DNA from: Candidatus Moraniibacteriota bacterium
GTDB lineage: Bacteria > Patescibacteriota > Minisyncoccia > Moranbacterales > GWC2-37-73
Assembly (NCBI GenBank): GCA_013336225.1
Contig: JAAXUC010000001.1
Span: 99,949-163,948, forward strand
DNA length: 64,000 bases
Reading direction: 5' to 3'
The notes under the pieces are model-generated. The model was not told the DNA's origin, did no database searches, and saw only the letters and a program-made list of their open reading frames with translations. This document shows positions 1 through 9,681 of the stretch, in pieces. Numbering within the stretch: position 1 is the stretch's first letter; every line of letters starts with the position of its first letter. The position numbers and the translations under genes are program-made.

Positions 1-3
1 CTG

Positions 4-2073
4 GTGTTTTGTTGGATGTATTATTCGGTAACTCCGGCCGCAAGTCAGCTGGCCACGCGTAAAATTGATCAAACTTCAATCATCTATGACCGAAGCGGGC
101 AGCATGTTTTGTATGAACTGCACGGAGAGGAAAATCGCAAGATTGTTGCTCATGATGAAATTCCTGAAATGATGCGCAATGCCACCATTGCAACGGAAGA
201 TGCCAATTTCTATTATCATCCCGGAGTGGATCCCTTGGCAATCGCCAGGGCACTAAAAGTTAATTTTCAAAACAATGGCATTCGTCAGGGCGGTTCGACC
301 ATCACTCAGCAACTTGCTCGCAGCGCTTTTCTCACCAAGGATCGCACGCTCAAGCGCAAAGTGCTCGAAGCTGTCTTTGCTTTCAAGATAGAAAGGCATT
401 ATTCTAAGCAAGAAATTTTGGATCAATATTTGAATGAGGTTCCCTATGGGGCAAACACCTATGGCGTGGAAACAGCCACTCAGACATATTTTGGAAAGTC
501 TGCTGAAGATTTAACCTTGGATGAAGCAGCTTTTCTGGCAGCACTTCCCAAGGCTCCGTCGTATTATTCTCCTTATAACACGCATCATGATGCCATTACT
601 GCTCGTCAAAAAGCAATTCTTGGGCGCATGGGCGAGCTTAAATTTGCCAGTAAGGATGAAGTGCGAAACGCTTTGGCAGTGGACACGTTGTCAAAAATAA
701 AACCAAACACTCAGGCCATTATTGCTCCACATTTTGTTTTCTATGTGCTTGAGCAACTTGAAGCAAAATATGGCAAAGAATTTTTGCAGACAGGTGGTCT
801 TAAAATTCATACCACTTTGGATTATGCTATGCAAAAAATCGGCGAAGAGGCGGTGACTGTCGGTGCTCAAAAAAATATTGCGCGCGGAGCAACTAATGCA
901 GCCTTGGTGGCAGTTGACCCCAAGACGGGAGAAATTTTAACCATGGTTGGAAGCAAAGATTATTTCGATCCAACTATTGATGGTCAAGTTAACATTGCAA
1001 CATCTCAACGTCAGCCAGGTTCATCTTTTAAGCCTTTTGCCTATGCGCATGCCTTTGAGCTTGGCTATCAGCCGGAGACGATGATTTTGGATGCCCAGAC
1101 AAATTTTGGTCCCGATGGATCTGGCAGAAGCTATATTCCTAGAAATTATGATGGTAAATTTCATGGTTTGCTTCCAATGCGCTCAACCTTGGCAATGTCA
1201 CTCAATGTGCCAGCCGTGAAAGTTCTGTATTTGGCCAGCATTGATGGCACCTTGGACTTGGCTCATCGCATGGGAATTACCACGCTCAATGATCGAAAGC
1301 GTTATGGCTTGTCTTTGGTTTTGGGTGGCGGCGAAGTGAAATTGCTTGATATGGCTAGTGCCTTTTCGGTTTTTGCAACTGAAGGGTTGCGCAATCCGCT
1401 GGTTTCAGTGCTTAGCTTAAGTGATCACAATGGAAAAATTTATCAGCAGGAACAATTGAGCCCACAAAGGATTATGGATGTGCAAGTTGCTCGCAAAATA
1501 AACTCCATTCTTTCTGATAATGTGGCACGTACTCCAATTTTTGGTGCAAGAAGTCCACTGATATTGGCAGATAGAGTAGTGGCAGCCAAAACTGGCACAA
1601 CTTCAGAATTCCGCGATGCTTGGACGGTGGGATACACGCCTTCATTGGCGGTTGGTGTTTGGGCAGGAAACAATAATAATTATCCCATGAAAGCAGGCGC
1701 CGATGGGGTGTTCGTGGCTGCTCCAATTTGGCATGACTATATGACAAAAGTTTTAACTGGCGAGCCAGTGGAAACATTCATAGCTTATGATACTTATCAA
1801 CAAAAAGATTCAAAAATGGCAGATGTAGGTCCTGCAGCAAACGTGAAAGTAAAAGTCACATATTATAATAATAAAACTGGAAAATTTATTTCCGAAGCAA
1901 AAGCGAGAAAAACAGATCCGAAAAAAATTGATAAAAAAATTGAATATATCCAGATTGATGCCGGAAATTCAAAAGCAATGGCCAATGGCAATGCGGTCAG
2001 TATGGCCTTGCCAAATTCCAATGACCCAATGTATCAAAATTGGATTAACGTGAATAAAGGTGCGCAGAACTGA
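4..2073 (+). CDS. Class A penicillin-binding protein (transglycosylase/transpeptidase, PBP1A-like); 5' end truncated by the window edge
   Basis: Glycosyltransferase motif RQGGSTITQQLARS; transpeptidase motifs SSFKPF (SxxK) and KTGT; size and domain order typical of PBP1A. Confidence 0.85.
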   Translation: MFCWMYYSVTPAASQLATRKIDQTSIIYDRSGQHVLYELHGEENRKIVAHDEIPEMMRNATIATEDANFYYHPGVDPLAIARALKVNFQNNGIRQGGSTITQQLARSAFLTKDRTLKRKVLEAVFAFKIERHYSKQEILDQYLNEVPYGANTYGVETATQTYFGKSAEDLTLDEAAFLAALPKAPSYYSPYNTHHDAITARQKAILGRMGELKFASKDEVRNALAVDTLSKIKPNTQAIIAPHFVFYVLEQLEAKYGKEFLQTGGLKIHTTLDYAMQKIGEEAVTVGAQKNIARGATNAALVAVDPKTGEILTMVGSKDYFDPTIDGQVNIATSQRQPGSSFKPFAYAHAFELGYQPETMILDAQTNFGPDGSGRSYIPRNYDGKFHGLLPMRSTLAMSLNVPAVKVLYLASIDGTLDLAHRMGITTLNDRKRYGLSLVLGGGEVKLLDMASAFSVFATEGLRNPLVSVLSLSDHNGKIYQQEQLSPQRIMDVQVARKINSILSDNVARTPIFGARSPLILADRVVAAKTGTTSEFRDAWTVGYTPSLAVGVWAGNNNNYPMKAGADGVFVAAPIWHDYMTKVLTGEPVETFIAYDTYQQKDSKMADVGPAANVKVKVTYYNNKTGKFISEAKARKTDPKKIDKKIEYIQIDAGNSKAMANGNAVSMALPNSNDPMYQNWINVNKGAQN

Positions 2074-2395
2074 AAATTTTAAAAAAGAAAATCACCTGAG
2101 CGCGTTGCGCTAGGTGATTTTTAATTGGAATTGAGAGCTTATTTTTTTTGAGCATAAGCTGCTTCAACTCGTTTGTGATGCTCCTCGGTGTGCATTCCCT
2201 CGGGAATTGGGGCGAAATGTTTCAACAAGAAAACATCGATCTGGTCTTTTAAGCGGTGTCTCCAATGTTTGCGCATCTTTAGTTTCCTCCTTTGAATTGA
2301 TATTGCAAATATGCATTAAATTTAAACAACTCAGGAAATGATAGTATGGATATTCATAGTTGTCAAAATAAGGCTCTTTATGTTAGTGTCAAAGT

Positions 2396-3172
2396 ATGGA
2401 AATGAAAAAAATAGCGCTAATCTTAGCCATATGTGTCGCTTGCAGCGCAGGTATTTTTTTTGGTGTGCGCAAGCTTGGTCAATCCAAGAAGACAATCAGC
2501 GTGAGCGTGGCTGAATTAAGTCAACAGGCAAGTGGCGTTGATGAGCAGTCTCAGCAAGAGGATATAACAGGAGGGCAGGTAGTGAATAAGGATGTGAATG
2601 CAGAACAAATTGAAAATGTGCCAGCGACACAGGAAGCTGCAATTGAAAAAGAGCAGGAAGTTGTTCCTAAAGAGAAGCAAGTCACGCCTGAAAACAAAAC
2701 AAATTCAACTGGGAAAATTGTCAGCAAGCTTGTTTCCTGGGGATTTGCCAAATCTTCTAACAGAAAGATAGACACAATCATTGTTCATTCTTCATATAAT
2801 TCTCTTGGAGGTGATGAATACAGCCCGGACAAAATAATAGGCATTTATAAGCAATACGAAGTTTCTGCGCATTATCTGATTGGCAGAGATGGCACAGTAT
2901 ATCGCTTGGTTGAAGATGGGAACATTGCTTGGCATGCTGGTGTCAGTAAGGTTCCTGATGGACGCACCAACATCAATGATTTTTCAATTGGAATTGAAAT
3001 GATTAATACCATGGATGGAAAATATACAGAGCAGCAATATGATGCTCTCAATCAACTTATCAAAAGCTTGAAGAGTAAATATGAAATAAAATATATTCTG
3101 GGACACAGTGAAATTGCACCAGGACGAAAGACAGATCCATGGGGAATACAATGGAATAACGTTGATCGCTAG
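2396..3172 (+). CDS. N-acetylmuramoyl-L-alanine amidase (Amidase_2/PGRP, AmpD-like) with N-terminal membrane anchor
   Basis: N-terminal hydrophobic helix, then IVHSS...HYLIGRDGTVYRLVEDGNIAWHAGVS...GIEMIN...GHSEIAPGRKTDP, typical of zinc amidase_2 domains. Confidence 0.7.
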   Translation: MEMKKIALILAICVACSAGIFFGVRKLGQSKKTISVSVAELSQQASGVDEQSQQEDITGGQVVNKDVNAEQIENVPATQEAAIEKEQEVVPKEKQVTPENKTNSTGKIVSKLVSWGFAKSSNRKIDTIIVHSSYNSLGGDEYSPDKIIGIYKQYEVSAHYLIGRDGTVYRLVEDGNIAWHAGVSKVPDGRTNINDFSIGIEMINTMDGKYTEQQYDALNQLIKSLKSKYEIKYILGHSEIAPGRKTDPWGIQWNNVDR

Positions 3173-3353
3173 TATCCTTTAATGTTTGCGGTGTTTTATT
3201 GATTTTTGATTTAAATTTAGCGTCCAAATTTTTAATTTAGAATTTTTAATTTTTAATCAAATCAAAATGTTCTAATGATTAAATTTTGAAACATTGAAAA
3301 TTGAATCGAAATTCGAAATTCATAATTCGAAATTAAAATCTGAATTCAAAAAT

Positions 3354-3629
3354 ATGAAATTAATAATTTCTCTCGATGGTAATGACATAAAACTCACCAT
3401 AAAAGATGGTCGCAAGATTGTTGGCGAATTGGCCTGGACAGATGAATACACTTTGAGCGAAAAACTGTTGCCAAACATTGATGCTTTGCTCAAAAAAAGC
3501 AAAGTTTCCAAAAAGGATGTTGAAAAAGCAACTGCCAAAATCACTAAAACTTCTGGCGTGACCTCTGCCAGAATTGTGCAGACAGTGGTGAAAGCGTGGA
3601 ACGAGGCGCAAAAACTGGACAAGCGCTGA
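3354..3629 (+). CDS. tsaB: Truncated TsaB/YeaZ-like protein (N-terminal domain only); the upstream 60 nt of the tracked ORF is repeat-derived
   Basis: MKLIISLD...LLPNIDALLKKS...ITKTSGVTSARIVQTVVKAWNEA aligns well with the TsaB N-terminus (MRILAIDT...LLPMIDEVL...[21 protein letters not shown]). Real start is taken at the ATG of MKLIISL (3354) because 3294-3353 is an AT-rich GAAATT repeat. Confidence 0.5.
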   Translation: MKLIISLDGNDIKLTIKDGRKIVGELAWTDEYTLSEKLLPNIDALLKKSKVSKKDVEKATAKITKTSGVTSARIVQTVVKAWNEAQKLDKR

Positions 3630-3655
3630 AATTTGTGCTATACTTATAGAGTAAT

Positions 3656-3695
3656 AAAAGGACGGGTGTAATAGCCGCGTCCTTTTTCTTTTTAT
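3656..3695 (+). terminator. Rho-independent terminator after the tsaB-like gene
   Basis: GGACGGGTGTAATAGCCGCGTCC hairpin followed by TTTTTCTTTTT. Confidence 0.6.
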
Positions 3696-3699
3696 ATAA

Positions 3700-3846
3700 A
3701 TGTAAATCCATGTTTTTCTCCCCTCAGATGAGGGGAGATGTCTGAAAGACAGAGGGGTTTTAGCGGAGTTAGCCATTCTCTTCTCTGACCTCTCTGTCTT
3801 GAACACAAGACATCTCTCCTTAACAAAGGAGAGAATGATATTGAAG
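3700..3846 (+). promoter_or_regulatory. Cluster of 4-5 stable hairpins in the 5' region of the 95-aa membrane protein gene (possible cis-regulatory RNA or sRNA)
   Basis: Perfect hairpins CTCCCCTC-agat-GAGGGGAG, GACAGAGG..CCTCTCTGTC (long-range), GTCTTG-aaca-CAAGAC and TCTCTCC-ttaacaaa-GGAGAGA. Confidence 0.3.
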
Positions 3847-3856
3847 AAAACTTCTT

Positions 3857-4144
3857 ATGAAAAAGGAATCAAAAGGCACTGACTGGAAAGATCTTGTGCA
3901 TGGATTTGTGGGAAACATGTTGGCACAATTTGGCGACAATGTTTCCAAGCGCGTGCGTGAGTGGACAACAACTTTCAAGCGCCGGGCAATTGGTGGTGTG
4001 CTGTTGGTATTGGGGCTGACATATTTCTTAACAGGACTTTCTGATTATGTAAATAGTGTGATTGGAAAAAATTATCCAGGATTTGGATATGGAATAGTTG
4101 GAGCTGCGGTTATTTTCATTGGCTACTTACTTAGTAGGAAATAA
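3857..4144 (+). CDS. Hypothetical small membrane protein (2 C-terminal TM helices)
   Basis: Intact ORF with hydrophobic segments; no recognisable family. Confidence 0.45.
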   Translation: MKKESKGTDWKDLVHGFVGNMLAQFGDNVSKRVREWTTTFKRRAIGGVLLVLGLTYFLTGLSDYVNSVIGKNYPGFGYGIVGAAVIFIGYLLSRK

Positions 4145-4176
4145 ATAATAAATTAATTAATTTTAAAAAAAACAAA

Positions 4177-4563
4177 ATGAACAAAAAACAAATCAAAAAG
4201 GTGGTTAACAAGAACATTAAAGTTGCACAAACAAAAGGTAAGGCAATTGTCAAAAAAAGTGTGAAAGTTGCGAATGCAAAAAGCTCTGAATTAAAAGCTA
4301 TGGCTAAAAGTGGTTATAAGCAATTGAAAAAAGACATGAACATCTCTCCTGTTGATGCCAAGAAATTGGAAGCCAAGGCAATCAAGGAATATGAAAAAAT
4401 CAAAAAACAAATGGAAGTGACTGCCAAAAAAGCCGAAACATATATGAAAAAGAATCCAGGGAAAGCTGCTTTGATTTCTGCTGGAATCGGCGCAGCCTTG
4501 GCTGGCGCAGCAGCACTTTTGCTTTCTGGCGGAGATAAGAAACCAGCCAAAAGAAAGAAATAA
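4177..4563 (+). CDS. Hypothetical lysine-rich protein with C-terminal hydrophobic segment
   Basis: ORF with very high Lys content and an AALISAGIGAALAGAAALLL tail; followed by a terminator hairpin. Confidence 0.4.
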   Translation: MNKKQIKKVVNKNIKVAQTKGKAIVKKSVKVANAKSSELKAMAKSGYKQLKKDMNISPVDAKKLEAKAIKEYEKIKKQMEVTAKKAETYMKKNPGKAALISAGIGAALAGAAALLLSGGDKKPAKRKK

Positions 4564-4627
4564 AAAACATTTAAACATCTAAACATGCAAACATCTAAAC
4601 ATGTAAGCATGTAATAAAAAGCAAATT

Positions 4628-4668
4628 TAGAAATTTAAAAGCCTGCTCCGTTTTAACGGTGCAGGCTT
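4628..4668. terminator. Bidirectional terminator hairpin between convergent genes
   Basis: AAAAGCCTGCTCCGTTTTAACGGTGCAGGCTTTTGTTG; T-runs on both strands. Confidence 0.55.
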
Positions 4669-4690
4669 TTGTTGAATTCTTTGTCGTTTG

Positions 4691-4885
4691 TTAGTTGTTT
4701 TGTTTTGATAAGCATGGAAGGCAATATTCTTTGCAGCCAGGCGTGTTGTCAATTGTTGTTTGCGAACACCAGCTGTCGACTTTTGTATGACAGTCTTTGC
4801 ATTCAAAATCGAGATGTTTTTGAGTTTCTCTTTCTGGCCATGGATTTGAACTTGGACGATAAAAATCGTCATAATCATTTCCCAT
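4691..4885 (-). CDS. Small Cys-rich (zinc-ribbon-like) protein downstream of purN
   Basis: 64 aa with CxxC...C and CxxC pairs (CKDCHTKVDSWC...CLPC). Co-oriented with purN, 27 nt after it. Confidence 0.35.
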   Translation of the reverse strand: MGNDYDDFYRPSSNPWPERETQKHLDFECKDCHTKVDSWCSQTTIDNTPGCKEYCLPCLSKQNN

Positions 4886-4911
4886 TGCGAACCTCCTTTA
4901 TTTTTTGCTGG

Positions 4912-5691
4912 TCATTTTTTTTGGAGTATCTGAACAATTCGGCGCTCCTTATTGGGGCCGAGTTTGACTTTGAGACGGCGTTCAATGAAAAGTTGAATGC
5001 ATCTTGTGTAAAGAGCGTACTCTGCCTCGAGTCCACGGTTTTTGAAGGATTCAAAATTATCATTATCTTCACGTGTTAATGCTTTTTGCTTTATTATAGG
5101 TCCAGTATCTGTGCCATAATCAACAAAATGAACTGTAACACCATAAGTCGTGACGCCATAGTTCCAAGCATCTTTGTAGCCATCTGTTCCAGGGAAAGCT
5201 GGCAATAAAGCTGGATGAATGTTGAGTATTCTTGGTTTGAATGGATCTGGTTGAAAGCGATCAAGAAAATATGGAGTGAAAACTTTCATAAATCCAGCCA
5301 GGACAAGAAAATCAACTTTGAATTCTTTCAATTGATTAAGCAGCTTATATTCCGTTGCTGCACGAATGTATAGCATGGTGCGTTTTTTTTCGCAGTCTTT
5401 GAATCCAGTTTTCTGAATCATGTCCAGAAGATTGAAATCAGGAGGAATGTGAAGGCCAATACGTCCAGGACTTGTTCTGTGAAGATTTTGCAATTCATTG
5501 TAGGCAAGAACAAATGTTGGAATTCCAGCATTGTCTGCCCGCTTTAGTCCATAGGCATCGTGCTTATCACTGCCAACACAGACAACTTCACCATCTATTC
5601 CTCCCGCTCTGCATGACTCAATGATGTTTTGCAAATTCGTACCATTTCCTGAAATGAGCACCCCAAGACGTTTTTTTTGATTGATTTTCAT
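4912..5691 (-). CDS. purN: Phosphoribosylglycinamide formyltransferase-like (PurN family formyltransferase) with C-terminal extension
   Basis: LISGNGTNLQNII and NIHPALLPAFPG motifs are diagnostic of PurN-type GAR transformylase; no N-terminal ACT domain, so not PurU. Confidence 0.7.
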   Translation of the reverse strand: MKINQKKRLGVLISGNGTNLQNIIESCRAGGIDGEVVCVGSDKHDAYGLKRADNAGIPTFVLAYNELQNLHRTSPGRIGLHIPPDFNLLDMIQKTGFKDCEKKRTMLYIRAATEYKLLNQLKEFKVDFLVLAGFMKVFTPYFLDRFQPDPFKPRILNIHPALLPAFPGTDGYKDAWNYGVTTYGVTVHFVDYGTDTGPIIKQKALTREDNDNFESFKNRGLEAEYALYTRCIQLFIERRLKVKLGPNKERRIVQILQKK

Positions 5692-6127
5692 TGCATATTC
5701 CTCCTTTTTTGGGTTATTCTGCTGTAAAATAGCAAGTATTTCAATATTTGTAACTTCAGGCTAGCTGCAAGCGTCAGATTAGTCAATGTTCATGTATTTT
5801 GCATTTAGGCCTGAGAAGCTAAAAAGCTAAAGCCTAAGAAGCTGTTCTTGGCTCTCTTGACACTTTTATCAATCTGTGATAACGTTTTAGTATATTCTAG
5901 ATTTAGGAAAGAACTTCTATTTTTTGCATTGTTTTTGGGTGAAAACAGTGCACAAACTTTTTGTCAAATTAAAGCTCGGAAATGCTTTAAAATGGCGCTT
6001 TTTGTCGAAAGTAAAATGACAAAAACACAACTTTAATTAAATAGTCTTAACCAAAAACTCGCTACCGAGCTTTTCTATTCGTAATTAATTTTTACGATGT
6101 CGATAAGAACTGGCGAGAGTTGTTTCT

Positions 6128-9100
6128 ATGGTCAAAGAAAAGAAAGCCCTGAAGGTGAAGGAGACGTATGCCTCAACTTCCTCTCTGTCGAAGAGAAAGT
6201 TTTTCAAAAAACAATTGATGGTGTCATTGCCGAACCTTATTGAAGGTCAAATTGATGCATATCAATGGTTTTTGGATCGAGGATTGCGCGAACTGTTTGA
6301 TGAAATCAATCCAATCAGTGATTTTACTGGAAAAGACTTGGAGCTTTCCCTGACTGACTATTATCTTGACGAACCCAAGACAGACGAGCAAACAGCCAAG
6401 AACAAAAATGTTTCCTATGAAGCGCCTCTTCGAGCAAAGGCGCGCTTAACGATCAAAAAAACTGGTGAAATCAAGGAGCAAGAAATTTATCTGGGAGATT
6501 TTCCAGTGATGACACCTCGCGGAACATTCATCATTAATGGTGTTGAACGTGTGGTTGTTTCTCAGTTGATCCGATCTTCTGGAGTCTTCTTCACCATGGA
6601 ATATTCCAAAGGAAAGAAATTGTTTGGAGCAAAATTGATTCCAAATCGTGGAGCATGGCTTGAGATTGACACTGATTTGTCAGGAGTTTTGAATGTGCGC
6701 ATCGACCGAAAACGAAAAATCCCAGTGACCGCACTTTTGCGTGCCTTCGGAATGGAGAAAAACGAAGAAATTCTGAAAGCTTTTGATGGTTTTGACAATG
6801 GCGAAGTGAAATTCATCGACGAATCACTTGCAAAAGACATCACCAAAAGTCAGGCTGAAGGATATAAGGAAATTTACAAAAGAATTCGTCCAGGCGATTT
6901 GGCTACAGCAGAAAATGCCAAGCAATTGGTGAATGGGATGTTTTTCAACTTTGAAAAATATGATTTCGGCTCAGTTGGACGTTATCGTTTGAATCAACGT
7001 TTGAACATTGAACTTGAAGATAAGGAAGAAAACAGAATTTTGCTAGTTTCTGATTTGCTTTTGATCATCAATGAAATCATTCGTCTTAACAATGATCCAC
7101 ATGCAATTGCTGATGATATCGATCATCTTGGAAACAGACGAGTTAGGGGTGTTGGCGAATTGGTGCAAAACAAACTTCGCATCGGTATGGCTCGCATGGC
7201 TCGCAACATCAAAGATCGCATGAGTACTTGCGACCTTGAAACAGTTGTTCCAGGACAATTGATCAACTCTCGTCCAGTGGCTGCTGCAATCAAAGAATTT
7301 TTCTCAAGTTCACAACTTTCACAATTCATGGATCAAGTGAATCCGTTGGCTGAACTTGAACACAAAAGACGACTCTCAGCGATGGGACCAGGAGGACTTA
7401 CTCGCGAGCGAGCAGGCTTTGAAGTTCGAGATGTGCATCATTCACATTATGGACGTATTTGTCCGATTGAAACTCCTGAAGGTCCAAACATTGGTTTGGT
7501 GGGACATATGGCTTCATATGCTCGCATTAATGATTTTGGATTCTTGGAAACACCATATATCAAGCTGCACAAAGAAGTTCCCAACACTGTGGAAGCTTTG
7601 ACAAACCGAGTTTTGAACGAAGAGGTGGCTGGGGGAAAAATCGGTGAATATATTACTGTTGAATTGGCCAAGAAAATTGCCAAAACTTCAGCTAAAATCA
7701 TTCAAATCAAACCATACATTTCTGATGATATTGAATATGTTAACGCAACCGTTGAAGACAGATGCGTTATTACGCATGCTCGTGTGAACACTGATGAGCA
7801 CCGCAACATTGTGGATGCAACAGTGGAAGCTCGCGTGAAAGGACATCCTGAAATGATTGAAACTGAAAAACTTGATTATATCGATGTTAGTGCTAAGCAA
7901 TGTATCTCAGTTGCAACTTCACTTATTCCTTTCTTGGAGCATGATGATGCCAACCGAGCTTTGATGGGTTCAAACATGCAACGACAAGCTGTGCCTTGTA
8001 TCGTGCCGCAAGCTCCTTTTGTGGGAACTGGTATCGAAGACAAAGCCGCTGGAGATTCTGGACAAGTTGTGCTTGCAATGAACGATGGAGAAGTGGTTGA
8101 AGTTGATGGAGCGCACATTACAGTCAAAGAGCTGGCACCAATCGGAGCAAAGAAAGACAATTTCAAACGAGAATATCGCTTGCAAAGTTTCCAGAAATCA
8201 AATGCCTTCACTTCCATGAGTCAACTTCCACGAGTGGAAAAAGGACAAATGGTGAAGAAAGGTGATCTTTTAGCTGATGGAGCTGCAACCGAAAATGGAG
8301 AATTGGCACTTGGACAAAATCCATTGGTGGCCTTTATTCCATGGGACGGATATAACTTTGAAGATGCGATCATCCTTTCAGAAAGACTTTTGAAAGAAGA
8401 TTGGTATTCTTCTATTCATATTGAAGACTTTTCAATCGACGTGCGCGACACAAAGCTTGGGCCGGAGGTTGTGACTCGCGACATTCCAAACATTGGAGAA
8501 GAAAGACTTAAGAATCTTGATGAAACTGGAATCATCCGCATTGGAGCAGAAGTTTCTTCAGGAGACATTCTTTGTGGAAAAATCACACCGAAAGGTGAAG
8601 GAGATTTGACTCCAGAAGAAAGATTGCTCCGCGCAATCTTTGGTGAAAAATCTAAAGATGTGAAAGATTCATCATTGTATCTTCCACATGGAGAACATGG
8701 AAAAGTTGTGGACATCAAAATTCTTTCACGAGAACAAGGTGACAAACTTTCAACTGGTGTGATCAAGCAGATTCAAGTTTCAGTGGCGCAGCTTCGCAAA
8801 GTTTCCGTGGGAGACAAATTGGCTGGACGACATGGAAACAAAGGTGTGATCTCACGTATCGCTCCTGTTGAAGATATGCCATATCTTCCAGATGGAACTC
8901 CAATCGATGTGATCCTAAATCCATTGGGAGTTATCTCTCGTATGAATATTGGACAGATTTTGGAAACTCATCTTGGATGGGCAGCTATGAAACTTGGTTA
9001 TAAAGCAGCCACTCCAGCGTTGGATGGTATTACTGAAGAAGATATCAAAGGCGAACTTCGCGCAGCTGGACTTCCTGAAAGTGGAAAGATTCGTTTGATT

Positions 9101-9562
9101 GATGGAAAGACTGGAGAATCTTTTGATAACGAAACCACTGTGGGTGTTATGTACATCATGAAACTGAACCATTTGGTTGAAGACAAGTTGCACATGCGAT
9201 CCATAGGACCATACTCACTTATCACGCAGCAACCGCTCGGAGGTAAGGCGCAGTTCGGAGGACAACGTTTCGGAGAAATGGAAGTATGGGCGCTCGAAGG
9301 ATATGGAGCAGCCTACACCTTGCAAGAAATGCTCACAATTAAATCTGATGACGTGCTTGGAAGATCAAAAGCATATGAATCAATCATTAAGGGAGAAAAA
9401 ATCAAAAGTCCAAACATTCCTGCTTCATTCCATGTGCTTGTAAATGAGCTCAAAGGATTATGTCTTGATGTTGAACTGGTTGATTCTAAACTTAAAGAAG
9501 ATGATCATGATGATGAGATCGGTGGATATGACAAGCCGGAAGAAGACGTTGATCAAATTTAA
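6128..9562 (+). CDS. rpoB: DNA-directed RNA polymerase beta subunit
   Basis: 1144 aa. Conserved RpoB blocks: GDKLAGRHGNKGVIS, NIGQILETHLGWAA, MRSIGPYSLITQQPLGGKAQFGGQRFGEMEVWALEGYGAAYTLQEMLT. Confidence 0.97.
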   Translation: MVKEKKALKVKETYASTSSLSKRKFFKKQLMVSLPNLIEGQIDAYQWFLDRGLRELFDEINPISDFTGKDLELSLTDYYLDEPKTDEQTAKNKNVSYEAPLRAKARLTIKKTGEIKEQEIYLGDFPVMTPRGTFIINGVERVVVSQLIRSSGVFFTMEYSKGKKLFGAKLIPNRGAWLEIDTDLSGVLNVRIDRKRKIPVTALLRAFGMEKNEEILKAFDGFDNGEVKFIDESLAKDITKSQAEGYKEIYKRIRPGDLATAENAKQLVNGMFFNFEKYDFGSVGRYRLNQRLNIELEDKEENRILLVSDLLLIINEIIRLNNDPHAIADDIDHLGNRRVRGVGELVQNKLRIGMARMARNIKDRMSTCDLETVVPGQLINSRPVAAAIKEFFSSSQLSQFMDQVNPLAELEHKRRLSAMGPGGLTRERAGFEVRDVHHSHYGRICPIETPEGPNIGLVGHMASYARINDFGFLETPYIKLHKEVPNTVEALTNRVLNEEVAGGKIGEYITVELAKKIAKTSAKIIQIKPYISDDIEYVNATVEDRCVITHARVNTDEHRNIVDATVEARVKGHPEMIETEKLDYIDVSAKQCISVATSLIPFLEHDDANRALMGSNMQRQAVPCIVPQAPFVGTGIEDKAAGDSGQVVLAMNDGEVVEVDGAHITVKELAPIGAKKDNFKREYRLQSFQKSNAFTSMSQLPRVEKGQMVKKGDLLADGAATENGELALGQNPLVAFIPWDGYNFEDAIILSERLLKEDWYSSIHIEDFSIDVRDTKLGPEVVTRDIPNIGEERLKNLDETGIIRIGAEVSSGDILCGKITPKGEGDLTPEERLLRAIFGEKSKDVKDSSLYLPHGEHGKVVDIKILSREQGDKLSTGVIKQIQVSVAQLRKVSVGDKLAGRHGNKGVISRIAPVEDMPYLPDGTPIDVILNPLGVISRMNIGQILETHLGWAAMKLGYKAATPALDGITEEDIKGELRAAGLPESGKIRLIDGKTGESFDNETTVGVMYIMKLNHLVEDKLHMRSIGPYSLITQQPLGGKAQFGGQRFGEMEVWALEGYGAAYTLQEMLTIKSDDVLGRSKAYESIIKGEKIKSPNIPASFHVLVNELKGLCLDVELVDSKLKEDDHDDEIGGYDKPEEDVDQI

Positions 9563-9681
9563 TTAATCTTTTGTAATAAACTTAAAACTTCATACATCCG
9601 ACTGAGCTTAACCCTCACCTGTCACGAGTACGCGACATCCTCTCCCTTTTGGGGAGAGGAGGAAAAAGAAGAAAACATTAT

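Noticed and set aside
3294-3353. N-terminal 20 codons of the tracked tsaB-like ORF (MKIESKFEIHNSKLKSEFKN)
   Set aside because: This is a translation of the AT-rich GAAATT repeat block. The internal ATG at 3354 (MKLIISLD) matches the conserved TsaB start.
5848-6036. 62-aa ORF in the purN/rpoB intergenic region
   Set aside because: It lies in an AT-rich promoter-like region upstream of rpoB, has no SD or promoter context, and contains an AAGCTAAA repeat. It is probably non-coding.
9649-9681. Upstream extension of rpoC (MGRGGKRRKHY...) in the ORF track
   Set aside because: It begins at a TTG inside the GGAGAGGAGG purine tract and hairpin. The ATG at 9682 (MENITKV) has the expected spacing to that SD-like tract and matches the usual beta' N-terminus.
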